From: Actinomycetales bacterium
GTDB taxonomy: Bacteria; Actinomycetota; Actinomycetes; Actinomycetales; Microbacteriaceae
DNA: 45,485 nucleotides
Assembly (NCBI GenBank): GCA_038208655.1
Contig: JBBQYN010000001.1
Location: forward strand, 1 to 45,485
Reading direction: 5' to 3'
The notes below the pieces were generated by a model. The model worked only from the letters and a program-made list of their open reading frames with translations. It ran no database searches and was not told where the DNA came from. Both the position numbers and the translations under genes were made by a program. Position 1 is the stretch's first letter, and the number at the start of each line of letters is the position of its first letter. This document shows positions 1 to 10,573 of the stretch, piece after piece.

Positions 1-1538
1 CGCATGGCGTTGGCCACGGCGACGGCGCGCAGCGGGGCTGCGGCCTTGTTCTGGGATTCCTGGTATTCGCTGGCCGGGTCGGAGTCGGCGACGAGGCCGC
101 CGCCGGCCTGCACCCGGGCGACGCCGTTCATGATCGTCGCGGTGCGGATGGCGATGGCGAGGTCGGCGTCGCCGCCGAAGCCGAAGTAGCCCACCACTCC
201 CCCGTAGACGCCGCGCTGGGCGGGTTCGAGGGTGTCGATGATCTGCAGGGCCCGTGGTTTGGGCGCACCCGACAGGGTGCCGGCCGGGAAGGTGGCCCGG
301 AAGACGTCGAGCACTGTTTTGTCCGGTGACAGGTTGCCCTCGACCGAGGACACCAGGTGCATGATGTGGCTGAAACGTTCGATGCGCATGAACTCGGTGA
401 CTTCCACCGAACCGGCGGTGCAGACCTTGAGCAGGTCGTTGCGGGCCAGGTCCACGAGCATCAGGTGTTCGGCGCGCTCCTTGGGGTCGTTCGCCAGTTC
501 GGTCTGAAAGTCGGCGTCGGCGTCGGGGGTGGCGCCGCGGGGCTTGGATCCGGCGATCGGGTGGGTGAAGACCCGGCCCTTCTCGACCTTCACGAGGGCT
601 TCGGGGCTCGAGCCGACGATCCAGTACGGGGTGCCGTCGACGGATTGCAGGCTGAGCAGGTACATGTACGGGCTCGGGTTGAGGCTGCGCAGCACCCGGT
701 ACACGTCGATGGCGTCGGCCGTGCAGACCTGGTCGAAACGCTGTGAGATCACGACCTGGAAGACGTCGCCGTTCACAATGTGCTCTTTGGCCGTGTCAAC
801 GGCGGCGAGGAAGTCGGGCCGGGTGGTGCGGGTGGTGGCGTTGCTGGGGGTGGACAGGTCCACCTCGGCGAGCCAGGATTCGGCGGGCTGGCCCAGGCGC
901 GCCTGCAGCGCGTCGAGGCGGGTCTGCGCGGCGGCCCAGAGTCCGGCGGGGTCGTCGACGCCGTCATTGAGCACGTTGGCGATCAGCTGCACGGTGCCGT
1001 ACCGGTGGTCGAGCACGACGAGGTCGGCGACGAAGCTGAAGGACTGACCCGGCACGTCGTAGTCGGCGGGCGGCTGCTGCGGCAGGTTCTCGATCTGCCG
1101 GATCGCTTCCCACCCGATGAAGCCCACCAGCCCGCCGGTCAGCGGAGGGTGTTCGGGCAGCCGCGGTGTGCGCCAGCGTTCGAAGAGGTACCCGAGCGCC
1201 TCGAGCGGGGGCAGATCGGCGGCGGCGCCGAGCACCCGGTCGGCGGGCATGCCGTAGTCGATCCAGTGGGTCTGTTCGCCCTGCTGGGTGAGCACCCCGA
1301 ACGAGGACACCCCCACGAAGGAGAACCGAGACCAGATCCCGCCCTGTTCGGCCGATTCCAGCAGAAAGCTGCCGGCCTGGTCGGCGGCGAGTTTGCGGTA
1401 GATGCCCACCGGGGTCTCCCCGTCGGCGAACAGCTCCCGGATCACCGGGATCACCCGGTGGTCCTCGAGCAGGGCGGTGAACCCGGCTTCGGTGGTCGAA
1501 CCGGCCGTCATCGAACCGGTCGTCGTGGCTGCGCTCAT
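1..1538 (-). CDS. trpE: Anthranilate synthase component I (3' end runs off the window)
   Basis: Missing from the ORF track because no stop lies in the window. Read manually from ATG 1538 (ATGA overlap with hisI stop): [88 protein letters not shown]. Confidence 0.95.
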   Translation of the reverse strand, partial: MSAATTTGSMTAGSTTEAGFTALLEDHRVIPVIRELFADGETPVGIYRKLAADQAGSFLLESAEQGGIWSRFSFVGVSSFGVLTQQGEQTHWIDYGMPADRVLGAAADLPPLEALGYLFERWRTPRLPEHPPLTGGLVGFIGWEAIRQIENLPQQPPADYDVPGQSFSFVADLVVLDHRYGTVQLIANVLNDGVDDPAGLWAAAQTRLDALQARLGQPAESWLAEVDLSTPSNATTRTTRPDFLAAVDTAKEHIVNGDVFQVVISQRFDQVCTADAIDVYRVLRSLNPSPYMYLLSLQSVDGTPYWIVGSSPEALVKVEKGRVFTHPIAGSKPRGATPDADADFQTELANDPKERAEHLMLVDLARNDLLKVCTAGSVEVTEFMRIERFSHIMHLVSSVEGNLSPDKTVLDVFRATFPAGTLSGAPKPRALQIIDTLEPAQRGVYGGVVGYFGFGGDADLAIAIRTATIMNGVARVQAGGGLVADSDPASEYQESQNKAAAPLRAVAVANAM

Positions 1539-1960
1539 CGGGCGTCTCCCTGGCTGGTGCGGATGTCGGGCTGGGTCTCGGGCTGGGTCTCGGGTTCCGC
1601 GTCGTGCGCGGGACGGTCGGCGGTGACGACCTGCACGTCGCGGCCGTCGAAGCAGGTGTGGGTGCCGGTGTGGCAGGCCGCCCCGACCTGGTCCACGCGC
1701 ACCAACAGGCTGTCATTGTCGCAGTCCAGTGCGACGGTTTTCACGTATTGGGCGTGCCCGGAGGTGTCGCCCTTACGCCAGTATTCCTGCCGGGACCGGG
1801 ACCAGAACGTGACCCGGCCCTCCGTGAGCGTGCGACGCAGCGCTTCGACGTTCATCCAGGCGAGCATCAGAACCTCACCGGTGTCGAACTGCTGAATCAC
1901 GGCGGGCATCAGGCCATCGTCATTGAAGACCGCCTGGGCGAGGGCGTCGGCGGCGTTCAT
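1535..1960 (-). CDS. hisI: Phosphoribosyl-AMP cyclohydrolase
   Basis: [53 protein letters not shown] motifs; follows hisF. Confidence 0.96.
   Translation of the reverse strand: MNAADALAQAVFNDDGLMPAVIQQFDTGEVLMLAWMNVEALRRTLTEGRVTFWSRSRQEYWRKGDTSGHAQYVKTVALDCDNDSLLVRVDQVGAACHTGTHTCFDGRDVQVVTADRPAHDAEPETQPETQPDIRTSQGDAR
1566..1594. repeat. 12-bp tandem repeat in hisI 3' end (PETQ x2)
   Basis: tcgggctgggtc twice plus partial tcggg; encodes the [11 protein letters not shown] tail. Confidence 0.8.
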
Positions 1961-2721
1961 GCGCGCACCGGCAGTCCGGCGCCGACGAGTTCCGTTTTCA
2001 CGTCGCCGATGCTGAGGAGTCCGTTGTGGAAAACGGATGCGGCCAGCACGGCGTCGGCGCCGGCGTGAATCGCCGGCGGAAAATCGCGGGTGCGGCCGGC
2101 GCCGCCGGAGGCGATGATCGGCACCCGACTCACGGACCGCATCAGCGTGATCAGCTCGATGTCGAAGCCGGCCTGGGTGCCGTCGGCGTCGATGGAATTG
2201 ACCAGCAGTTCGCCGGCACCGAGCTCGACGGCCTGCCGGGCCCAGGCGACCGCGTCAAGGTCGGTTTCGGTGCGGCCGCCGTGGGTGGTCACGACGAAAC
2301 CGGATTCGGTGCGGTCGCTGCGTTTCACGTCGAGGCTGAGCACGATCACCTGGGCCCCGAACCGGTCGGCGATCTCGGCGATCAGGGCCGGCCGGGCGAT
2401 GGCGGCGCTGTTGATGCCCACCTTGTCGGCGCCGCTGGCCTGCAGCCGCGAGACGTCTTCGACGCTGCGGATGCCGCCGCCCACGGTGAGTGGGATGAAG
2501 ACCTGTTCTGCGGTGGCTCGCACGACGTCGTAAGTGGTGGCCCGGTTGTCGACCGTGGCGGTGACGTCGAGGAAGCAGAGCTCGTCGGCGCCCTGCTCGT
2601 AGTACCGCCGGGCCAGCTCGACGGGGTCACCGGCATCGCGCAGGTTTTGAAAGTTGACGCCCTTCACCACGCGGCCGTTGGCCACGTCGAGACAGGGGAT
2701 CACGCGAACGGACAGGGTCAC
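1957..2721 (-). CDS. hisF: Imidazole glycerol phosphate synthase cyclase subunit
   Basis: [58 protein letters not shown]. Confidence 0.98.
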   Translation of the reverse strand: MTLSVRVIPCLDVANGRVVKGVNFQNLRDAGDPVELARRYYEQGADELCFLDVTATVDNRATTYDVVRATAEQVFIPLTVGGGIRSVEDVSRLQASGADKVGINSAAIARPALIAEIADRFGAQVIVLSLDVKRSDRTESGFVVTTHGGRTETDLDAVAWARQAVELGAGELLVNSIDADGTQAGFDIELITLMRSVSRVPIIASGGAGRTRDFPPAIHAGADAVLAASVFHNGLLSIGDVKTELVGAGLPVRA

Positions 2722-2733
2722 GGGCTACCTCGG

Positions 2734-3573
2734 TTACAGTCGGGCGTTGTGGATGGTGGTGACCAGAATGGCCCGGGCACCGAGCGCGTAGAGCGCGTCC
2801 ATCACATTGTTGGTGTCGAGTCGGGCGATCATCACCCGCACTGCGACCCAGTCCGGGTCGTGCAGCGAGGACACGGTGGGCGATTCGATGCCGGGGGCCA
2901 GGTTTGCGGCGGCGTCGAGCAGCGTCACCGGGATGTCGTAGTCCAGCAGCACGTACTGGCGGGCGACCAACACACCCTGCAGGCGGCGCAGCAGCGTGGC
3001 GACGCCGGGTTTGTCGTTCTCGGAACTGATCAGCACGGCGGTGGATTCCAGGATCACCGGTCCGAAGATTTCGAGACCCGCCTTGCGCAGGGTGGTGCCG
3101 GTGGAGACGACGTCGGCGACGGCATCCGCCACCCCGAGCTGCACGGCGGATTCGACGGCGCCGTCCAGCGGCACGAGCACGACGCTCACACCGTGGGTCG
3201 CCAGGAAGGTCTTTACAAGGCCCGGGTAGCTGGTGGCCACGCGCAGGCCCTCGAGGTCGGCGAGTTCACTGAACTTGCCGGCCGGACCGGCGAACCGGAA
3301 GGTGGAGTCGCCGAAGTCGAGGCTGGCGATTTCCAGGGCGGGCGAGGCGGAGTCCAGCAGCAGGTCGCGCCCGGTGATGCCCACGTCGAGGGCGCCGGAA
3401 CCCACGTAGGTGGCGATGTCGCGGGGGCGCAGGTAAAAGAACTCCACGTTGTTGCGGGGGTCGGCGGCCACCAGATCTCGGGGGTCGCGCCGACCGGTGT
3501 AGCCGGCCTCGGCCAGCATGACGGCGGCGGTCTCAGACAACGATCCCTTATTGGGAACGGCAATTCTCAGCAT
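2734..3573 (-). CDS. hisG: ATP phosphoribosyltransferase (long form)
   Basis: MLRIAVPNKGSL, RPRDIATYV, RVATSYP, GAVE..VQLGVADAVADVVSTGTTL, C-terminal PGIESPTVS regulatory domain. Confidence 0.98.
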   Translation of the reverse strand: MLRIAVPNKGSLSETAAVMLAEAGYTGRRDPRDLVAADPRNNVEFFYLRPRDIATYVGSGALDVGITGRDLLLDSASPALEIASLDFGDSTFRFAGPAGKFSELADLEGLRVATSYPGLVKTFLATHGVSVVLVPLDGAVESAVQLGVADAVADVVSTGTTLRKAGLEIFGPVILESTAVLISSENDKPGVATLLRRLQGVLVARQYVLLDYDIPVTLLDAAANLAPGIESPTVSSLHDPDWVAVRVMIARLDTNNVMDALYALGARAILVTTIHNARL

Positions 3574-3637
3574 TGTTTTACTCTCAACGGGTCAAAAGGT
3601 CAGGGTGTGCCACTCGTGCGGCCGATGGGATCACGCG

Positions 3638-3901
3638 TCACAGATGTCGGTAGACGTCCGCCGGGGACAGGCCCTTGGCGATCATCATGACCTGCAGGTG
3701 GTACAGCAGCTGGGAGATCTCGGCCGCGGTTTCGTCGTCGCTCTGGAACTCGGCGGCCATCCAGACTTCGGCCGCCTCTTCGACGATCTTCTTGCCAATG
3801 GCATGAACGCCGGCGTCGAGCTCGCGCACGGTTCCGGAGCCCTCGGGCCGGGTCAGGGCCTTGTCGCTGAGTTCAACGAAAAGGTCATCAAAAGTTTTCA
3901 C
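3638..3901 (-). CDS. hisE: Phosphoribosyl-ATP diphosphatase
   Basis: [34 protein letters not shown], actinobacterial HisE; directly upstream of hisG. Confidence 0.97.
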   Translation of the reverse strand: MKTFDDLFVELSDKALTRPEGSGTVRELDAGVHAIGKKIVEEAAEVWMAAEFQSDDETAAEISQLLYHLQVMMIAKGLSPADVYRHL

Positions 3902-3907
3902 GCTTCT

Positions 3908-3913
3908 AGGTTA
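3908..3913 (-). promoter_or_regulatory. Putative -10 element (TAACCT) of leaderless hisE transcript
   Basis: TANNNT hexamer 6 nt before the GTG start; it includes the rpe stop codon; no clear SD. Confidence 0.6.
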
Positions 3914-4582
3914 CCCGTGCGCGTGCTGGTGACTGTGCGCGGTGGAGCGCAGCCGGGCGATCTGCTCGGCGGGATCGGCTGCCCCGAAGACGCTGGAGCC
4001 GGCCACGAAGGTGTCGGCGCCGGCGGCGGCGGCCGTTGCGATGGTCTGCTCGGTGATACCGCCGTCGACCTGCAGCCACACGTCGAGGCCGGTGCGGCGC
4101 ACCGCGGCGGAGAGCGCTTCGAGCTTGGGCATCGTGGCCGCCTGAAAGCTCTGCCCGCCGAAGCCGGGCTCGACGGTCATCACGAGCACCTGGTCGAATT
4201 CCGGGAGCAGGTCGAGGTAGGGCTCGACGGCGGTGCCGGGCTTCAGGGCGATCCCGGCCCGGGCGCCAAGGGACCGCAGCCGCCGTGCCAGCGCCACGGG
4301 ATCGGCGACCGCTTCGGCGTGAAAGGTCACCGAGTACGCGCCGGCCTCGGCGTAGGCGGGCGCCCAGCGGTCGGGGTCGTCAATCATCAGGTGGATGTCC
4401 AGTGGCAGCGGTGAGACCTGCTGCAGGCGCTGCACCATGCCGAGGCCGAAGGTGAGGTTGGGAACGAAATGGTTGTCCATGATGTCGACGTGCACGAGGT
4501 CGGCGGAACGGATGCGCCCCAGCTCGCTTTCGAAATTCGCGAAATCGGCGGCAAGGATGCTCGGATTGATGCGGGTGGCCAT
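3911..4582 (-). CDS. rpe: Ribulose-phosphate 3-epimerase
   Basis: INPSILAADF, HVDIMDNHFVPNLTFG, DIHLM, MTVEPGFGGQ, QVDGGI, VAGS. Confidence 0.98.
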   Translation of the reverse strand: MATRINPSILAADFANFESELGRIRSADLVHVDIMDNHFVPNLTFGLGMVQRLQQVSPLPLDIHLMIDDPDRWAPAYAEAGAYSVTFHAEAVADPVALARRLRSLGARAGIALKPGTAVEPYLDLLPEFDQVLVMTVEPGFGGQSFQAATMPKLEALSAAVRRTGLDVWLQVDGGITEQTIATAAAAGADTFVAGSSVFGAADPAEQIARLRSTAHSHQHAHG

Positions 4583-4588
4583 GCTGTG

Positions 4589-4594
4589 AGCCTA
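4589..4594 (-). promoter_or_regulatory. Putative -10 element (TAGGCT) of leaderless rpe transcript
   Basis: TAGGCT-cacagc-ATG; no SD. Confidence 0.65.
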
Positions 4595-4720
4595 TGGGGT
4601 GCATGCACCGTCACGAAAACCGGGTCAAACGGACCGGTGCGCACGAATACCGGATGTCTCGGGAATCTTTCGTGACCGCATCCGGTTGTCGTGCGGTGGC
4701 CCGAGCGTGGTCGGCGCCGG

Positions 4721-6166
4721 CTACTCGGCTCGCTGCAGCAGGGTGATGAACATCGCGTCGGTGCCGTGCCGATGCGGCCACAGCTGCACGCTGCCCGTCT
4801 CGCCGGGCAGGTCGAGGTTGGCCGCGCTGAGTGACTGCACGATCGCCGCCGTGTCAAGGTGCGTCACCGTGCCGGCAGATTTCTTGAGAGCCAGAGCTAC
4901 GATCGCGCGGGTCTCCGCGGTGTGCGGGGAGCAGGTGACGTAGGCGAGGATTCCGCCGGGCTTCAGGGCCAGCAGCGCCGCGTCGATCAGGCCGGACTGC
5001 AGCCCGGCCAGGTCGGCGACGTCTTTGGGCTTCTTGCGCCAGCGGGCCTCGGGCCGGCGGCGCAGCGCACCGAGTCCGGTGCAGGGCGCGTCGAGCAGAA
5101 TCCGGTCGAAGGTGTCCGGGTGTGTCGCGCCGATCAGGGTGCCGTCGACCTCCCAGACCGGAACCGGTTCGGGCAGCGCCGCGAGGGCGTTGCGCACGAG
5201 TGTTGCCCGGGCGGGCACGAGCTCGTTGGCCACGAACACGGCGCCGCCGGCGTGGGCTTCGGCGGCGAGCAACGCCGCTTTGCCGCCGGGGCCGGCGCAC
5301 ATGTCGAGCCAGCGTTCCCCGGGCTGGATCGGCCGGGCCCGGCTCAGGGCCAGGGCGGCCAGCTGCGAGCCTTCGTCCTGCACACGCACCCGGCCGCCGG
5401 ACTGGCTCATCAGGTGGTACGGGTCTCCCCCGTCCAGTACGAACCCGGTCGGCGCGAACTCGTCGGCTTCGCCGAGCAGTTCGAGGTCTGCCGGGGTGGC
5501 CAGACCGGGCAGCGCGACCATGTTGACCTTGGCGGCCCGGTTGTCGGCCTCGAGCAGGTCGGTCAGCTCGTCTTCGCGCCCTTCGGCGCGCAGCGCCTGC
5601 CGGAACGCGCGCACGACCCAGGCCGGATGCGAGTACTCGGCGGCGAGGCGCTCGTCGACAGAGTCGATGCCCGCGAGAACCTGCACGGTCCACTCGGCCA
5701 GGCTGGTGCGGGAAATCGTGCGGAGCACCCCGTTGCAAAATCCGGTCGCGGACCGGGAGCCGACCTGCTTGGCCAGCGACACGGACTCGTTCACGGCCGC
5801 GTGAGTGGCGACGCGGGTGCCGAGCAGCTGGTGGGTGCCCAGGCGCAGCACGTCGAGGATCGCGGGGTCGATGGCGTCGACCGGCCGGTTGGCGGCGAGG
5901 GCGATCACCCGGTCGTAGAAGCCCTGTAGGCGCAGGGTTCCGTAGGTGAGTTCGGTTGCCAGCGCGGCGTCGGCGGTGTTCAGCGCGGCGCGCTGGATGC
6001 GGGTGGGCAGCAGCAGGTTCGCGTAGGCGTCCGATTCGCGCACGGCGGCGATGACCTCATAGGCCACCCGCCGGGCGGGTTGCACGAAGTCGGCGGCGGG
6101 TCCGGCGGGCACCCGGTCGCGCGGCCGTCGGGCGGCGCCGCCCCGGGGTGCGTTCTCGGTGCTCAT
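4721..6166 (-). CDS. rsmB: 16S rRNA m5C967 methyltransferase (RsmB/Sun/Fmu) with NusB-like N-domain
   Basis: QDEGSQL, LDMCAGPGGKA, LLDAPCTGLG, YVTCS, HGTDAMF; start placed at ATG 6166, overlapping the fmt stop. Confidence 0.95.
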   Translation of the reverse strand: MSTENAPRGGAARRPRDRVPAGPAADFVQPARRVAYEVIAAVRESDAYANLLLPTRIQRAALNTADAALATELTYGTLRLQGFYDRVIALAANRPVDAIDPAILDVLRLGTHQLLGTRVATHAAVNESVSLAKQVGSRSATGFCNGVLRTISRTSLAEWTVQVLAGIDSVDERLAAEYSHPAWVVRAFRQALRAEGREDELTDLLEADNRAAKVNMVALPGLATPADLELLGEADEFAPTGFVLDGGDPYHLMSQSGGRVRVQDEGSQLAALALSRARPIQPGERWLDMCAGPGGKAALLAAEAHAGGAVFVANELVPARATLVRNALAALPEPVPVWEVDGTLIGATHPDTFDRILLDAPCTGLGALRRRPEARWRKKPKDVADLAGLQSGLIDAALLALKPGGILAYVTCSPHTAETRAIVALALKKSAGTVTHLDTAAIVQSLSAANLDLPGETGSVQLWPHRHGTDAMFITLLQRAE

Positions 6167-7098
6167 GAGGCCACCACCTCCGTTGCCGCCACGCCACGCC
6201 ACCAGTCAATTGCTCTCATCGTCGTCTTTCCGGCCGGTTGCACGGACAGCAGCTCAAGAGGCTCCGTTCCCGTTCCCACCAGCACTTTTTTCTCATGCTC
6301 TGCTATGGTTCCGGCGGGCAGCGCCGGTAGGTCGTTCTCGTCGCCGCGCCGCAGCACCGGGGCCAGCCGGTGCACCTTGAGGCGTGCGCCGTCGATGCTG
6401 GTGAAGGCTCCGGGTTCCGGGGTGACCCCGCGCACCAGGGCGTACACCGCCGCGGCCGGGAGGGTCCAATCGATGCGGGCGTCGTCGAGGGTGAGTTTGG
6501 GGGCCAGCGTGACATCGCCGGACTGGATCGTGGCCTGCGCGGTGCCGGCGTCGAGCGCGTCGATGACACGCAGCAGCAGTTCGGCGCCGCTGTGGCTGAG
6601 GGTGTCGAGCAGGCTGCCGGAGGTGTCGTGGGCCCCGATACGGTGGGTGATCTGGCCGAAGACGGCGCCGGCGTCGAGTTCGGGAACCAGCTGGAACACG
6701 GCCGCGCCGGTGTCGGTGTCGCCGGCGATGACGGCGCGCTGCACGGGCGAGGCGCCGCGCCAGCGGGGCAGCACCGAGAAGTGCAGGTTGATCCAGCCGA
6801 GCCGCGGCACGCTGAGCAGCGGTTCCCGCACCAGCCCGCCGTATGCCACGATCACGCCCAGATCCGGTTGCAGCGCGGTGATTTCCTCGGTGGCGGCCGC
6901 ATCGAGACGGTTGGTTTTCAGCACGGACAGCCCGAGGGACGCGGCGGACTGCGCCAGCGGCGAGGGGGTGAGCACCCGTTTGCGGCCCAGCGGGGCATCC
7001 GTTCGGGTGATCACCCGGTCGATGCGGTGCGGGGTCGCGGCGAGGGCCAGCAGCGCCGGAACGGCCACCTGCGGTGTGCCCGCGAAAACGATTCTCAT
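6163..7098 (-). CDS. fmt: Methionyl-tRNA formyltransferase
   Basis: MRIVFAGTP, VAYG, WINLHFSVLPRWRGASPVQ, ELDAG, QPAGK; SD GGAAGG. Confidence 0.98.
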   Translation of the reverse strand: MRIVFAGTPQVAVPALLALAATPHRIDRVITRTDAPLGRKRVLTPSPLAQSAASLGLSVLKTNRLDAAATEEITALQPDLGVIVAYGGLVREPLLSVPRLGWINLHFSVLPRWRGASPVQRAVIAGDTDTGAAVFQLVPELDAGAVFGQITHRIGAHDTSGSLLDTLSHSGAELLLRVIDALDAGTAQATIQSGDVTLAPKLTLDDARIDWTLPAAAVYALVRGVTPEPGAFTSIDGARLKVHRLAPVLRRGDENDLPALPAGTIAEHEKKVLVGTGTEPLELLSVQPAGKTTMRAIDWWRGVAATEVVAS

Positions 7099-7126
7099 GC
7101 GGTGCCTTCCTGGCCGGGACTGCCGG

Positions 7127-9256
7127 TCACAGCAGTTCCGGGTCGTCGAATCGAACCTTAAGTGTAGGCGTCGGCTGGAACGAACCCGACGTCGGGCGCC
7201 GCCTGCGTGCGGCGTTGCGCACGACGGATGCCTTCAGGCTGTGCGCCACGCGCCCGCCGCTGGTGTAGGAAAACCGCACCACGGCCCGCACCAGCGGGGG
7301 CTCGGTCGTCACCGGTCCCAGAACGTCGAGCCCGGTGATCGGCAGAACCACCGCAGGCACCGGCGCGGCGGCCAGGTCGGGCAGGACCGCAGGATCGACC
7401 GACGGGGTGAGGTTGGCCAGCGCACGTAGGTCGCTCAGGGCGGCCTCGACGTCGGCGGATGTTCCGGTCACCGACGCCACCCGCACGGCCGGGGGAAAGC
7501 GCAGCTGCCGGCGATCGTGCAGCTCACTGGCCGCGAAGCCTTCCGGGTGCCAGGAGTTCAGGGCGCTGGCGAGAGCGCCGCCGACTCCGGCGAGCATGAC
7601 GGATGCGCCGGGGGCGGCCAGGGCCGCCGCGTTCGCCCACCAGCGCAGGCAGTCCTCCCCGACGCGGAGGGATTCCCGGGCCAGCATTCGTTCGCCATCC
7701 AGCAGCAGGATGGCGTGGTAGCCGCCGGAGGGAGTGGGTTCCGCGCCGCGGGTGGCGATGACGAGGGCCGGCTCGGCGCCGATATTCTGCACGGTGTGGT
7801 CGCCGTCGGCGATGATCACCCGCGCGCCGGGGAAGGCCCGGCCGAGTTCCTCGGCGGTGCGCCCGGTTCCGAGGGTGACCACACGCAGGGTGGTCGCCTC
7901 GCAGTGCAGGCAGCTCCACCCGGCCGACAGGGCGCCGCACCACCGGCACGCCGGGGTCGCGTCGCGGGAGGCCAGGGCGAGCGGTCCCTGGCAGTGCGTG
8001 CACCGGGCGGCCTTCTTGCAGCCCTGGCAGGCCAGCACCGGAGCGTAGCCGGGACTGGCGACCTGCACGAGCACCGGTCCGGTGCGCAGCGCGTCACGGG
8101 CGGCCTGCCAGGCTGCCGAGGGAATCCGCGCGGCGCGGGCCTGCGCGTCGGGTTCGGATTGGAAATCGGTCGGGATCACGCGGGGGTGCCGGTTCTGCGC
8201 CGGGTGCGCCTCCCCGAGCCAGCCGAGTTCGACGAGCCGCTGCGCTTCGACGCTGCGGGAGTGGCTGAGCAGCACCAGGGCGCAGCCGGCCTGTTCCCGG
8301 CGCACGAGGGCTGCGTCACGGGTGTGCACGTACGGGCTGAGCGGTTCGGAGTATAACGGGTCGCCGTCGTCCCAGATCGCGATCAGCCCGAGCTGCGCGG
8401 CGGGCGCGTAGACGGCCGAACGGTTGCCCAGGATGATGCGCGGAGCCGGGTCCAGGCAGGCGAGGAACGACCGGTAGCGGTCCGGGTTGGCTTGTCGGGC
8501 GTCCATCCGGCTGACGCTGCCCGCCGGGGCGAGCTGGTCGAGGGCGGCCTGCACCTGGTCCTGGTCGCGAAAGTCGGGAACGCAGAGGATCGCGCTGCCG
8601 CCGGCCGCGAGGGCCGCGATGCCGAGTTCGGCGAGGGTGACCGCCCAGCGGCCCACGGTGAGCCCGCTGGTCAGGGTGGTCAGCTGCGGGATCGCGGCGA
8701 CGGCGAGTCGTTCCCGGTGCACGATGGCGCTGTCCAGCCGTCCGGTGGGGTAGCCGACGAAGGCCGGGGCCAGCAGGGTGCCCGGTGCGCCCGGTGTCGC
8801 CGACGCGGACGCCGACGCGACGGCGACCGCGTCGGACGCCGCCGCCTCGGTGGCCGCCGTGCGGGCGGCCAGCCAGGACTTCTCGACCCGCACCTGTCGC
8901 GGCGGCACCGCCAGGCGCACGATGTCACTCGCGTTGCCGGCGGCCCGATCGGCGACGCTGCGGGCGAGGTGCCAGACCTCGGGCGTGAGCACGGCCGCGT
9001 CGGAGACGAGCTCCTGGATCGGGCTCAACGCCCCGTGGAACGGCACGGCGGTGGCACTGTCGACGGTCGCCGGGTCGAACACGTCGACGACGTATCCGCT
9101 CAGAATGCGCCCGCCGGAACGGAACGGCACCTTCACGCGAACGCCGGCGCGCACCCCGGAGACCAGCTCTTCGGGAATGCGGTAGTCGAAGAGGTGGTCG
9201 AGCTGTGGCAGGGGCGAATCGATCATGACCCGCGCGACGAGGCGGGTCACGGTCAC
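7127..9256 (-). CDS. priA: Replication restart protein PriA (actinobacterial type, degenerate helicase motifs)
   Basis: N-terminal [15 protein letters not shown]; four CxxC pairs (CQGC, CTHC, CRWC, CLHC); [14 protein letters not shown]; RFPP; between metK and fmt. Confidence 0.93.
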   Translation of the reverse strand: MTVTRLVARVMIDSPLPQLDHLFDYRIPEELVSGVRAGVRVKVPFRSGGRILSGYVVDVFDPATVDSATAVPFHGALSPIQELVSDAAVLTPEVWHLARSVADRAAGNASDIVRLAVPPRQVRVEKSWLAARTAATEAAASDAVAVASASASATPGAPGTLLAPAFVGYPTGRLDSAIVHRERLAVAAIPQLTTLTSGLTVGRWAVTLAELGIAALAAGGSAILCVPDFRDQDQVQAALDQLAPAGSVSRMDARQANPDRYRSFLACLDPAPRIILGNRSAVYAPAAQLGLIAIWDDGDPLYSEPLSPYVHTRDAALVRREQAGCALVLLSHSRSVEAQRLVELGWLGEAHPAQNRHPRVIPTDFQSEPDAQARAARIPSAAWQAARDALRTGPVLVQVASPGYAPVLACQGCKKAARCTHCQGPLALASRDATPACRWCGALSAGWSCLHCEATTLRVVTLGTGRTAEELGRAFPGARVIIADGDHTVQNIGAEPALVIATRGAEPTPSGGYHAILLLDGERMLARESLRVGEDCLRWWANAAALAAPGASVMLAGVGGALASALNSWHPEGFAASELHDRRQLRFPPAVRVASVTGTSADVEAALSDLRALANLTPSVDPAVLPDLAAAPVPAVVLPITGLDVLGPVTTEPPLVRAVVRFSYTSGGRVAHSLKASVVRNAARRRRPTSGSFQPTPTLKVRFDDPELL

Positions 9257-10446
9257 AGCCGGGCGGCGCTGCGCAGCTCGTCGACGCGGTCCAGGCGCTC
9301 CCAGGTGAAGTCGGGCAGCTCCCGGCCGAAGTGACCGTAGGTCGCGGTCTGCGCGTAGATCGGGCGGAGCAGATCGAGCTCGTGGATGATCGCGGCGGGG
9401 CGCAGGTCAAAGACCTCGCGGATCGCCGCGGTGATCAGGTGGTCCGGCAGAGTCCCGGTGCCGAAGGTCTCGACGTACAACCCCACGGGCGCGGCCTTGC
9501 CGATGGCGTAGGCGACCTGCACTTCGAGGCGTTCGGCGAGTCCGGCCGCCACGGCGTTCTTGGCCACCCAGCGCATGGCGTATGCGGCGGAGCGGTCCAC
9601 CTTGGACGGGTCCTTGCCGCTGAACGCGCCGCCGCCGTGCCGGCTGGAGCCGCCATAGGTGTCGATGATGATCTTGCGTCCGGTGAGGCCGGCGTCGCCC
9701 TGCGGGCCGCCGATTTCAAAACGCCCGGTCGGGTTGATCAGGGTGTGCAGGGCGGAGGAGTCGAGGTCGACGCGTTCCAGGACCGGGCGGATGACCAGCT
9801 CTTCCACCTCGCGGCGCAGGCGTTCGGTGGTCACGGACGGAGCGTGCTGCGTGGACAGAACCACGGTCTCAACGGTGCGGGGCACGGAGCCCTCGTAGCC
9901 GATGGTGACCTGGGTCTTGCCATCGGGGCGGAGATAGTCCAGTTCCCCGGATTTGCGCACGGCCGCGAGCTGCTCGGCAAGGCGGTGTGCGATCCAGATC
10001 GGGATCGGCATCAGTTCGGGGGTTTCCCGGGTGGCGTAACCAAACATGATGCCCTGGTCGCCGGCGCCCTGGCGGTCGAAGGCGTCGTCGCTGGATTCTT
10101 CCCGGCTTTCGAAGGCGTCATCTACGCCCTGGGCGATGTCGGGCGATTGGCCGCCGATGCTGATCTCGACGCCGCAGGAACGCCCGTCGAACCAGACGTC
10201 GCTGGAGTCGTAGCCGATGTCGGTGATGCACTTGCGCACGATCGACGGGATCTCGACGTACCCCTTGGTGGACACCTCGCCGGCCACGTGCACGAGGCCG
10301 GTGGTGACCAGGGTCTCCACGGCGACACGGCTGTGCGGGTCTTCCGTGAGGAGGGCATCGAGGATGCTGTCCGAAATCTGGTCACAGATCTTGTCGGGGT
10401 GGCCTTCGGTGACTGATTCTGAGGTGAAGAGGCGAAGCTCGCTCAT
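9253..10446 (-). CDS. metK: S-adenosylmethionine synthetase
   Basis: [58 protein letters not shown]. Confidence 0.99.
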   Translation of the reverse strand: MSELRLFTSESVTEGHPDKICDQISDSILDALLTEDPHSRVAVETLVTTGLVHVAGEVSTKGYVEIPSIVRKCITDIGYDSSDVWFDGRSCGVEISIGGQSPDIAQGVDDAFESREESSDDAFDRQGAGDQGIMFGYATRETPELMPIPIWIAHRLAEQLAAVRKSGELDYLRPDGKTQVTIGYEGSVPRTVETVVLSTQHAPSVTTERLRREVEELVIRPVLERVDLDSSALHTLINPTGRFEIGGPQGDAGLTGRKIIIDTYGGSSRHGGGAFSGKDPSKVDRSAAYAMRWVAKNAVAAGLAERLEVQVAYAIGKAAPVGLYVETFGTGTLPDHLITAAIREVFDLRPAAIIHELDLLRPIYAQTATYGHFGRELPDFTWERLDRVDELRSAARL

Positions 10447-10573
10447 CTGGCCCGTCTCTCTAGGAGGTTAGCTAAAAAAATTCTGGATGACTGAAGATGC
10501 TGGGGGAAAGGGTGCAACGGTACATCGGGGATACCGGAACCGGGGTGGGGCGGAGTCGGTCCTGCCGCCACAA

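Noticed and set aside
964-1716. 250-aa minus-strand ORF overlapping hisI/trpE
   Set aside because: Arg/Pro-rich alternative frame; the real gene is trpE starting at 1538 in another frame.
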